From NCBI GenBank assembly GCA_965248265.1, contig CBDFJF010000001.1:96001-160000 (forward strand): a DNA stretch of 64,000 bases. The letters are read 5' to 3'. Position numbers and translations under genes: made by a program. Below, in pieces: positions 37,907-46,571 of this stretch. How positions within the stretch are numbered: the first letter of the stretch is position 1; each line of letters begins with the position of its first letter. The notes beneath the pieces were generated by a model. The model worked only from the letters and a program-made list of their open reading frames with translations, made no database searches and had not been told where the DNA came from. The DNA is from Candidatus Latescibacterota bacterium (GTDB taxonomy: Bacteria; Latescibacterota; UBA2968; UBA8231).

Positions 37907-39625
37907 GAAGGCGACCTCGATCTGCTTGGCACTGTCTCCTTCACCCTTGAGCTGGGGAAAATAGATGACGATACGGTCATCCTGTATGCCTGGCGGGTAA
38001 CCCGTCGTGGCGTTAGGGTCAGTGTACGCACCCAGGTCTACCGCCACACCGTCCACCTCGACCGAGCGCACCGTGTCGACGCGCGAATGAGTGAGGATCT
38101 CCAGGCGATCGAAGCCCAGATTCTCAGACAAAAAGGTGGGACGCACTACGTAGGAGAAAGTCGTCGGTGAGAAGGAGTCCACCTCGGGGGGCCAGATCTC
38201 ACCCGCGATCTCCTCCGCTGCGAAATCCGGCGATAGCTGCAGCGTTAGTTCATCGAGCCGGGGCGCGGTGTTGACCGTGGCGAAGAGCTCGATCTGGATC
38301 TGGATGTACCGGCTCGATCCCAGAGAGAGAAGAGGCGTGCCGTCTGTCCAGTCTTCGGGTGCTTGGGAGCGGTCGCGCAGACCCGCCTCGAACTCATAGG
38401 GCGGTGACCACGGGCCCCAGTTGTCAGTATCCTCGATCCGGACCTTTCCGGCTCGTGTGTCAACGGTAGCCCCTGCCCCCGCCGCAAAAAACGCTGCAGC
38501 GGTGATTTCGTCGTATTCCTCCTTGGAGATAGGGACGAGGTTGTCGTTGGGGTCTGTTTTGAAATACAGTCTCGGATCCGGCGTATTCCCCGCGCGAGTG
38601 CGGATCAGCACCCGCGTTCCTTCCGGCATGTCGCCACTCCAGCGGATCTTGCCCCAATTGACCTTCGCCCCGAAATCCAGAATGCGGCTCAGGAAGGCGG
38701 TCTCTCTGACAAATCCCCCGCCGTACACCTCGAACTCGGCGACCTCCCAACCGCGTTCGGTGTGTACTTTCAACGTCAGAAAGCGGATGGACCGGGGCGG
38801 GAAGCGCAGGTCCACGACCACATCCTTGCCCTCCGTCTCAAAGCGCAAAACTGTTGGCAGGAAGCGCTTTTGGTCGTAGGTCCAGATTCTCTCAGGATCC
38901 GGGTCGCAGGGGCCGCTGCGCCTCAGGGGGTACGAACTGTCGGCGACGCGGATTTCGTATTGGTCCACGAAATTGTCGGCAAAGCTCACCTTGCCGAAGG
39001 CCTCGTCCGGCGGTTTGGGATCTGCCAAACCCCGGATAAACAACAGACCGTCCTCGCTGCCGAGACGGGGATAGAAGCGAATGCGGTTGATGGGCAGATC
39101 CCCTCCCAGATCGATGACGGTCGGCGCCCCGTTCAGATCGTAGCCGCCTCCATCGGGATTCAGGAAGGTCGCAGTCGTCGGATCTCCGTCGAACATCGGC
39201 CTAACCAACTTCAGGAACCCGAATTCGAAGCCGCAGTCTCGGGCAAACCAGACATTCCCTCCCGTGAACGGCAGGGGAACCTTGCTTTCGGGTGACTGGG
39301 GATCGGTCAGCGTCAGGTTGACCGTTGGGTCGATAAAACGCGGTCTAAGGAAGCGGCTGTCGCGGCCTCCGATGGTGGTGTCCGCGAAATCGACCATCGA
39401 CTCCTCGCCGCCGCCGTATGGCGTGGTCGTCACCGGAACCGCGCCCTCCAGATTGCCCTGCGCATCGAAGAGCTGGTACACCCCGGCATCCTCGGACAGG
39501 GCGACCTGCCAGGGGTTTCCATCCTCGCCCCCAAGTCGGTACTCCGTTCCCCCCGGAACATCGGAGGCGCTCAGCAAGAGACCGCCCAACCACAACGCTG
39601 AGGATCGTCTGACAAGCCGAGTCAT
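37439..39625 (-). CDS. Exported protein with C-terminal CHU_C-like/FlgD-Ig domain
   Basis: Signal peptide MTRLVRRSSALWLGGLLL; IRFYPR; C-terminal PNPFTPNGDGIND...IFDLAG...WNGRD..G.LVPPGTYVY...SVVY. Confidence 0.85.
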   Translation of the reverse strand: MTRLVRRSSALWLGGLLLSASDVPGGTEYRLGGEDGNPWQVALSEDAGVYQLFDAQGNLEGAVPVTTTPYGGGEESMVDFADTTIGGRDSRFLRPRFIDPTVNLTLTDPQSPESKVPLPFTGGNVWFARDCGFEFGFLKLVRPMFDGDPTTATFLNPDGGGYDLNGAPTVIDLGGDLPINRIRFYPRLGSEDGLLFIRGLADPKPPDEAFGKVSFADNFVDQYEIRVADSSYPLRRSGPCDPDPERIWTYDQKRFLPTVLRFETEGKDVVVDLRFPPRSIRFLTLKVHTERGWEVAEFEVYGGGFVRETAFLSRILDFGAKVNWGKIRWSGDMPEGTRVLIRTRAGNTPDPRLYFKTDPNDNLVPISKEEYDEITAAAFFAAGAGATVDTRAGKVRIEDTDNWGPWSPPYEFEAGLRDRSQAPEDWTDGTPLLSLGSSRYIQIQIELFATVNTAPRLDELTLQLSPDFAAEEIAGEIWPPEVDSFSPTTFSYVVRPTFLSENLGFDRLEILTHSRVDTVRSVEVDGVAVDLGAYTDPNATTGYPPGIQDDRIVIYFPQLKGEGDSAKQIEVAFDIAVLRFGTEFRGWVSNSTDPGQVKQRVEPGDATYRFSSNTLSVTTPVGGDLLVGIGVFPNPFTPNGDGINDTAIISYGLRDVTADSPVSLVIFDLAGTRIRELPPNLSRSGQDEFRWNGRDRFGRLVPPGTYVYRLALDAAADDAQIGTLSVVY

Positions 39626-39687
39626 CGCTCTCTTTCTCTCCCGATTCCGACCCTTCGAAGCTGTGGCCTTGCGCGCCATGGCGCGCC

Positions 39688-40680
39688 CTACCTTTTCAGC
39701 ACTTGCTCGATCTGCTTCTGCAGTTCGGTCTGCGCCAAGGCGTGGATCCTCCGGGCTCGGTCCGTCCGGGCGAACTCCGCTGCGTGACGCCGCGCTTCCC
39801 TCACGTTTCCTGTCCGTTGGTAGACGTTCGCCAGTGCTTGGTGCACGTGGGGATCCTCCGGTGTCACCTCGAGGATTCTGCCCAGATGCTCAATGGCGGG
39901 AACGTACCGGTCCTGCCTCATCAGAAGCAACGCCAGACTCCAGCGAGCCTCCAGGTAATTCGGACTGTGCGCTACGGCTGAGCGCAGGTGCTTCTCCGCA
40001 AGATCCGTCCTCTCGGTCCGCTCCAATCGTACTGTCTCGCCGTCAGCTTTTTCGAGCCCGATCAGCAGATCCGCCATGCGAGTGCGAAGTTCCGGTTCTT
40101 GGGGAAACTCCTCCACCAGGGTTTTCCATTCTCCGATGGCGGATTGCGTGTTCCCGAGCCTTTGGTGCAGCCTTGCCAGCCGGTAGCGTACCGAGCTCGA
40201 GTCCGGGGCCATGGTCAGAGCGCGACCGTAGGCCTCCGTCGCCGGTAACAGCCGGCCCGCCGTCTCGTAGGCGTAGCCGATTTGAGCCCAAAGATCCGGC
40301 CACTGCGGCCGCCGGTCGGCGAGATCTTCAAAAACGGCGATGGCCTCGTCGTAGCGCTGTCTCCGGGCATAGGTCCTCGCCAGGCGCAACCCGACCGACA
40401 GTGAATCCGGTTGCCGGGCGAGGAATCTCCTGTACATATCGATAGCCTGAACCTGGTCCTGATCGTCGTACAACCTGGCCAGCCGCAACAGGGCCCCTTC
40501 GTGGTCTGTATGCCGTTCGAGGACCGACCGATACTCGCGGATGGCATGGGCTTTCATTCCACGTCTTTCGTAGTCCTGACCGAGGCGGTAGTGCTGGCTG
40601 CCGTCCCTGATCAGAAACACAGTAGCCATGCACATCAGGCCGATCAGAATCGCCAGGACGGCGTACCAGCGACGACGCAT
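39688..40680 (-). CDS. Membrane-anchored tetratricopeptide-repeat protein
   Basis: N-terminal TM helix followed by about 8 TPR units. Confidence 0.85.
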   Translation of the reverse strand: MRRRWYAVLAILIGLMCMATVFLIRDGSQHYRLGQDYERRGMKAHAIREYRSVLERHTDHEGALLRLARLYDDQDQVQAIDMYRRFLARQPDSLSVGLRLARTYARRQRYDEAIAVFEDLADRRPQWPDLWAQIGYAYETAGRLLPATEAYGRALTMAPDSSSVRYRLARLHQRLGNTQSAIGEWKTLVEEFPQEPELRTRMADLLIGLEKADGETVRLERTERTDLAEKHLRSAVAHSPNYLEARWSLALLLMRQDRYVPAIEHLGRILEVTPEDPHVHQALANVYQRTGNVREARRHAAEFARTDRARRIHALAQTELQKQIEQVLKR

Positions 40681-43338
40681 CTACTCGAGGCCGGCGTAAA
40701 CGGTGATGAAGCTCTGAGTGATCGTCAGCGGCTTCCGCCCCCTGGGATCCCGGCGATCGATCTTCAGACCCAATTGGGTGATGAGCTTGTACCCAAGGTA
40801 ATCGGAGACATTGGTGAACTGGCTGGCCGCGGCCACACCGTTGAAATCGTTGTCGTCCCTGACCAGATCATTCAGGAAGGTCAATTCCAGTCCCGCCTGA
40901 AACGTAGTATGTGTCAGCATGGGCACCGCCAGGATTACGCCGCCGATTTCGGCCAGCTCCTCTCTTTTGTCAGCTGAGACGAGATCGAGGGTCTGTTTTC
41001 GGTATTCGCTCTTCCAGCGGGGCTCGATCCACAGACGGCCCAATTCGAAGCGGTAGCTGGCTTTGTTGATCACGCCGAAGAAGTAATCGCGCTTCTCCAG
41101 ATCCAGGACGTCGCGCTCACTCTGGGTCAGGCGGTGGTGATAGAACTCCCATTTCAGAGAATTGACAGTCTTCAGACCTGCGTACTGATAATCGTGGCCG
41201 ATCCAGAGGGAATTCACCCAGGTATCCGGTGCGATCAGAGGATCGATGATCTTCGTCGCCTGCCCCAGGTGGACATCGACGTTTGGCAAAAATTGCAGGA
41301 GGTCGTTGGGGATATCGTCCTTCACCGATTTCAACATGTCGAATATCCTGAAACGACCGTAGCGGGGAAGGCTCCGGTCAACGGTGAGGAGAAGGTAGCT
41401 GATCTCATTTCTCTGGTCGGTGGAAATGAGCTGCTCACGCAGTACACCGGCCATGAGTCGGATACCCGGGGCCAGATGAGTTCCCCCATATACGTTGTAC
41501 CCTTCGTGATCCCTCCGGTACGGAAAGTCTGGCTCCTCGTCGTTCTCGAACCGGTCCACCCAGACGTTGTTGTTGAGGTCGATGCCGAAGAGAAACTCGG
41601 GACGATCCACGTTGTGGCGCAGGAAAGCCTCGTCGTAGTCCGGCGTCAAATTGGGCAGGATGCGGTTGTCGTTCTGGTTGAAATCCGAGATGAAATCATT
41701 GTTCTCATCCCAGCCAGGAAAAACCGTGCGGTCGCCTGCCGGATGGTCTCTGCGCTCGGTATCCGGCTCACGATCCTGGTCGTCGTTGTCGTCCACGAAT
41801 TCCACCACAAAGCTCCGTTCATCCTCGTAATCGAAGCGGCCATCGCGGGCGGTGACGAAGGTGCTCGTGTTGTAGCGGGGATCCATACTGTACGCTTCCC
41901 CAAAAGCGAACCAGGGGTACTCGTTTCGCGAGAGATTCACCATCCAGGCCGGAGCCGATCGTGCCCCTCTAATGCCGGACGAAGAAGAGTGATCCTGCGT
42001 GGATTTATTCGGGTATTTGGTGTAGGAATAACTCACATCGTATTCCCCGTAGAAGTCAAAGCCCTTCACCTGCTGAAGCTCCAGGGACATGCCCCAGATC
42101 TGCGTCGCTGTGGGCAGGCCGTACTCGAATTCTACGATCTGTAGATTGGTGTTGTCCTGAACGTTGCCCTTCGCCTGGGCGACCAGCAGCAGGACGGGCT
42201 GCTTGGTTCGATTCAGCTGCTTGCTCGAGGTGACCCAGACCTGGTAGTCATTCCCCAGGACGAGTCGGAATTCGACCTTCTTGATTTCTTCCTTCGGCCT
42301 GCTGGCCCGGGTGGCAAAACTCGGGCCGTTGAAATCGTAACGGAGGCGGATCTCTTCGGTGCCGTCGGCCGACAGGTGCCCCTCCTGTTCGAAACCGCCT
42401 TCGATGATGGGTCCGAAGCGGATCCTCTTGCCCTCGTCTACGGTACCGTCCAAGTAGGTGATGATGATGTCCGATCCGGCCTGAAAGAAGGCGGCGCCAC
42501 CGGTTCTGTCTTCGGGGGAATCATCCCTCAGCACGATCTCGATGAAATCGATGAATTCGTTCTGGTCAATCGTCAACTCCCCTGTAATAGGGTTGCCGGC
42601 AAACCCGTCGATCAGCGTGTTGGAGTGGTGCGAATTGACGGACGTGAGCCCCAGGGTGGCAAAGTCTCCCACCTGAGCCGTGACCCGCCCACCGATCAGA
42701 GAGGTCGTATTCGTGACGAGTCGTTCGCCCGCGGTGGCCTGCCCCCCGGGCGAACTGAGCCGTGAGTATATGACCGTGGCCTCATATTTGTCGGCAGCAT
42801 AGTCGAACTGCACTCCGTCCCAGGACGGTTTGGAGAAGGTCATCGGGGTGAGGGTGGTACGCAGCTCATCGCCGATCGTCATGGCGTAATTGTGTTGCCC
42901 CTTGGAGTCGGCGGAGATGACGAGGCTGCCGAACCATTCACCGAAATTGCTTGACTTGAGTACGGAGCTACCGTCCTGCTCGGGCTGGTTCTGCGAGTTG
43001 TTGAAGATCAGCCAACCCCGGGTTACGAAATTGCCGTAGAGATCGTAGAAGTAATCGCCCTGGAGCGTCGTGCTCACGTATCTCTGGTAGGCGTTCCTGG
43101 CGTAGTTTGAGTATTCCCACTGCCGCCACCGGTATTCGTTGTAGAGCTCCTGGGGTACGTACCATTTCTTCACCGCTGGATCCAGGGCCCCGAACATGAC
43201 GCCCGGACCCTGCGGCTCATACGAGAGCTCCCCACCCCGTCTCACGGAACCCAGGCGGGCACCGTAGTCCTGGGCCGATACCTGCGCGGATGCCAGCACG
43301 AAACTGACACATACCAGGAGATGGACGTATCTGCTCAC
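40681..43338 (-). CDS. Large exported hypothetical protein, putative outer-membrane beta-barrel with Asp-rich loops
   Basis: GTG start with AGGAGG RBS; signal peptide ending VSA-Q; aromatic-rich amphipathic strands; DDNDDQDREPD, DENNDFISD, DLNNNVWVD motifs. Confidence 0.75.
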   Translation of the reverse strand: MSRYVHLLVCVSFVLASAQVSAQDYGARLGSVRRGGELSYEPQGPGVMFGALDPAVKKWYVPQELYNEYRWRQWEYSNYARNAYQRYVSTTLQGDYFYDLYGNFVTRGWLIFNNSQNQPEQDGSSVLKSSNFGEWFGSLVISADSKGQHNYAMTIGDELRTTLTPMTFSKPSWDGVQFDYAADKYEATVIYSRLSSPGGQATAGERLVTNTTSLIGGRVTAQVGDFATLGLTSVNSHHSNTLIDGFAGNPITGELTIDQNEFIDFIEIVLRDDSPEDRTGGAAFFQAGSDIIITYLDGTVDEGKRIRFGPIIEGGFEQEGHLSADGTEEIRLRYDFNGPSFATRASRPKEEIKKVEFRLVLGNDYQVWVTSSKQLNRTKQPVLLLVAQAKGNVQDNTNLQIVEFEYGLPTATQIWGMSLELQQVKGFDFYGEYDVSYSYTKYPNKSTQDHSSSSGIRGARSAPAWMVNLSRNEYPWFAFGEAYSMDPRYNTSTFVTARDGRFDYEDERSFVVEFVDDNDDQDREPDTERRDHPAGDRTVFPGWDENNDFISDFNQNDNRILPNLTPDYDEAFLRHNVDRPEFLFGIDLNNNVWVDRFENDEEPDFPYRRDHEGYNVYGGTHLAPGIRLMAGVLREQLISTDQRNEISYLLLTVDRSLPRYGRFRIFDMLKSVKDDIPNDLLQFLPNVDVHLGQATKIIDPLIAPDTWVNSLWIGHDYQYAGLKTVNSLKWEFYHHRLTQSERDVLDLEKRDYFFGVINKASYRFELGRLWIEPRWKSEYRKQTLDLVSADKREELAEIGGVILAVPMLTHTTFQAGLELTFLNDLVRDDNDFNGVAAASQFTNVSDYLGYKLITQLGLKIDRRDPRGRKPLTITQSFITVYAGLE

Positions 43339-43385
43339 GGCACGCCTCCTCTGTTCAACCAACCACCGCCGCCAATAATTGCCGT

Positions 43386-46300
43386 TCAGTAAGCCACGGC
43401 GATTGACCGCAAGAGTGTGACGTCACCCGAGTCAGTCTCCAGTCTTATCTGGCAGATGTAGATGCCGGGCAGGACTCTTCGCCCGCGTGTGTCGGTGCCG
43501 TCCCATGGCATGACCGCTCGTCCACTGCCGACCATCTGGGACTTTTCGTACACCCGGGTTCCATCGAGCTGGTAGATTCGCATCTCGACACGGCGCCCGG
43601 CGCTGAGGTCGAGGATGTTCATGTGGACGAGGGTTTCGTCATTGATACCGTCACCGTTGGGCGAGAACGGGTTGGGGGCAATGTCGGACAACTCGATAGT
43701 CCTGGTCTCGAGCGGCAGACTGATGGAGAGCGTATTGCCCTCGCGCAGCTTCGAGGCATCACCGGCTTCGACGTCCTGCCAGAGGGCCGTCGGGTCGCCA
43801 CCTCCCGCCGCGTTGCGGACGGCGACGGCGAGGGTGGTGCCGTTCCTGAAGACCGGGGCTGCAAAGCGCACCCGTATCTCAGGGCCTGCCCCGACGACTG
43901 TACCCTTCCTGTCCTGCGACAGCCGTCTGTGCCCCGTCGCATCGAGCGAATCACCGTCGACGCCAAAGGGGAACTGAGCCCCGTCCCCGAGCAACACTCG
44001 GAAATATCGTCTGGGCCCCCTCTCTTCTTCCTCCAGCTCGCCCCAGATCAACTGGGGGACCTTTTCTCCGACTGTGTCGATTTTCGTCAACCGAATCCCG
44101 CCGCCGGCGAGAAGGGTCTGGCGGAAGTACAGGATGTCTCCCTGCTCCTCCTCTTCGAGCGCTCCATAGGCTATGGCCGAGAGCGGTTGAGCTTCGTGGT
44201 CCACGGGAACCTGGTCGCCTGCGGCCGTGATCGCATTGTACGTCCTCTCGGCCTCACTCCTGGGGAGTATGTTGATGGTTGAAGACCATCGCACCCGGAT
44301 GGAATCGGTGGAGCTTGTCAATACCTGTAGCTCCTCGCCCTCATCGTCCACGAAGATGCCATCGACTCCAGAGGGGTGGAATTCCTGTTTCGCTGCTCCG
44401 GTTTGGGAGTCGACACCCACGTCGATCCCGAGCAGGTCAACGGGTACTCCCGACGGCATGACCAGCTGCATTTCATCGAAGCCCTCGCTTCGAGATCCCA
44501 CCGGCCGTTCGACGAAATGGGTCTGGATGAAGACCTCGAAGGTGTCCACCCGCCCCGCCACCGCAACGTGCGTCGGCCACAGCTCAGCGAGAAGGTCTTC
44601 GCCCACCAACTCCGTGAGTCCTAAGTCGATGGAACGGATCGACGCTGCCGCCTCGCGGGCTTGGCTTTTCAGCTTGACCTGAAGCTGCAGAAACTTCCTT
44701 CCCCCGGGCGACGTGACGGGCACGCCCGGATGCTCGTAATTGCGACTCCAGGCGCTCCAGCCGACGGTGGGTACGAAGGTCGTGTCTGACGTCCGCCAGG
44801 AATTGAGCAGACGATTCCAGGTGGCAAGGTCGATCTCGTGGCCGGTATTTTTGTTGTAGTAGCGGATTTCCTTCCCCAGGATGTCTCCCGTGCGAGTCCG
44901 GATCTCCAGGTCAGTTCCAGGCGGTGTATCGCCGACCCATGAAATGCGGGCCGGGGTGCTCCCGGAGGGGATCTCGATCAAGTCCGAGGTCAACACCGCC
45001 TCGGCGACATATCCCCTCGAAAAGAGCCCGTATTCGGCGATGCAGGCGCTAGTGTTCCTGAGTGCGTCCAGATCCTCTATAGTGGAAATTTTCATCTCCA
45101 GAAACCGCACCTGCCTGGGGGGATCGTAAACGTCCATGAATTGCTTGTAATTGTTCACCGAGTTTTCTGTGCGCTCCAGAGGACTGAGGGGTTCCAAATT
45201 AAACCCTCCGGTTACGTCCCGGCTGCCGTCTGAGCTGCGGTGTATGTATCCGTCGAAGTCCTTGCACGGGAGGCCGATAATATCCACTGCCGATACACGG
45301 ACGACGTCCAGCCAGAAGGTGGCACCGAGATCGACCGTCAAAATCCCGGCAGGGTACCCCGGAATCGCGATCTCGTGATCGTAGTAGGTGCTGAAGTCTC
45401 CGTCGAAGGCAAGGGGCGGAGGATTCAACACGGACGGCAAGAGGAGACTGAAATTGCCGCCGCCCTCCAAAAGATTCGGGCTGATGTTGTCCCCGAAACC
45501 CCACACCTCGATGTCGGCCAGGTGGGGACGCTCGCTCCGGTAGTAGTCTCTGCGCCCCTGACGCGCCGCCGGCAATCTGTTGTATTCGTCCTTTTCAATC
45601 GGTTCCTCGACTCCTTGCGAATCTTTGACGAAATAGAGGACATCGCCTCGATCCCCATCGTCCAGAGCGGCCCATTCCGCCTCGGAGATTTCCGTGTGTC
45701 TGCTACCTTTGGTGTCGGTGACGACGATCCGGATGGTTTCGACCATCCTGCCTGTCCAGCCAGGGGCTGCCTCCAGGTTGTCCTGCAGCGGAACCGAGAA
45801 AGTCCGGGCTGTATTGGGCTTGTCCGTCCCCCCCACAACCTGCAACTGCAGCTGCCGTGCATTCTGTGTGACCGGTTCCTGATGGAGAGAAGTCAAGACC
45901 CTGAACTGACGGAATGGATCGCCCCTCCCCTCGTCTGCGAATTTGAGAACCAGCGAATCCACGGGCACTGTCCGACCGAGGTCCACTTCGATCCACCATC
46001 GCTCGATCGGGTCATCGGAATCCGGCTCCCAGCATGTCGCTTCGATGCCGTCCAGGATATTCGCGGCTGAGTCCGGGTTTGAGCCCACCCGGCTGATGCC
46101 AGGTTTGACGAAATACACGTACACCGGCACGTCCCGACCTCCTCTTTTCTGCGTGATGATCTCGCCCAGCGGGTCGCGCTTCACCGTGCTGTCGATGTTG
46201 AGGATGGCAACGTCGTCGTTCCGGCGTATCAGGTCCGGGAGCTTCCGGCTGAATGTCTTGAGATCGTCGAGGACGTTGTATCGATCTCGGAAGAGCTTCG

Positions 46301-46541
46301 GTTTGACCCCCGCGGAAGTCACTTCGACGGCGTGAGTGGGCATTCCCCAGTTCTGCCAGTGCCCTTTCGCACTGACGATCACCCTGGCTTCGCCGACGAC
46401 CCGGTGCCCTTTGTTGCTCTGGGGGTGAACAGATTGCGGGGCAGTCAGAAAGAAGGCCAGTGCCCAGACATGGATGAGTGCGACCGGGATGCGGCTCGGC
46501 CCTGCACCCGTGGCGGGCGTGCTGCTGAGGAACTGCCTCAT
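43386..46541 (-). CDS. Exported protein with discoidin-like segments and C-terminal CHU_C-like/FlgD-Ig domain
   Basis: WWIEVDLGRTVPV, TVDLGATFWLD; PNPFSPNGDGIND...IYQLDG...WDGTD..G..VLPGIYI...IAVAY. Confidence 0.85.
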   Translation of the reverse strand: MRQFLSSTPATGAGPSRIPVALIHVWALAFFLTAPQSVHPQSNKGHRVVGEARVIVSAKGHWQNWGMPTHAVEVTSAGVKPKLFRDRYNVLDDLKTFSRKLPDLIRRNDDVAILNIDSTVKRDPLGEIITQKRGGRDVPVYVYFVKPGISRVGSNPDSAANILDGIEATCWEPDSDDPIERWWIEVDLGRTVPVDSLVLKFADEGRGDPFRQFRVLTSLHQEPVTQNARQLQLQVVGGTDKPNTARTFSVPLQDNLEAAPGWTGRMVETIRIVVTDTKGSRHTEISEAEWAALDDGDRGDVLYFVKDSQGVEEPIEKDEYNRLPAARQGRRDYYRSERPHLADIEVWGFGDNISPNLLEGGGNFSLLLPSVLNPPPLAFDGDFSTYYDHEIAIPGYPAGILTVDLGATFWLDVVRVSAVDIIGLPCKDFDGYIHRSSDGSRDVTGGFNLEPLSPLERTENSVNNYKQFMDVYDPPRQVRFLEMKISTIEDLDALRNTSACIAEYGLFSRGYVAEAVLTSDLIEIPSGSTPARISWVGDTPPGTDLEIRTRTGDILGKEIRYYNKNTGHEIDLATWNRLLNSWRTSDTTFVPTVGWSAWSRNYEHPGVPVTSPGGRKFLQLQVKLKSQAREAAASIRSIDLGLTELVGEDLLAELWPTHVAVAGRVDTFEVFIQTHFVERPVGSRSEGFDEMQLVMPSGVPVDLLGIDVGVDSQTGAAKQEFHPSGVDGIFVDDEGEELQVLTSSTDSIRVRWSSTINILPRSEAERTYNAITAAGDQVPVDHEAQPLSAIAYGALEEEEQGDILYFRQTLLAGGGIRLTKIDTVGEKVPQLIWGELEEEERGPRRYFRVLLGDGAQFPFGVDGDSLDATGHRRLSQDRKGTVVGAGPEIRVRFAAPVFRNGTTLAVAVRNAAGGGDPTALWQDVEAGDASKLREGNTLSISLPLETRTIELSDIAPNPFSPNGDGINDETLVHMNILDLSAGRRVEMRIYQLDGTRVYEKSQMVGSGRAVMPWDGTDTRGRRVLPGIYICQIRLETDSGDVTLLRSIAVAY

Positions 46542-46571
46542 GCGTGCCTCCTGCGGACTGCTGACCTGGAG

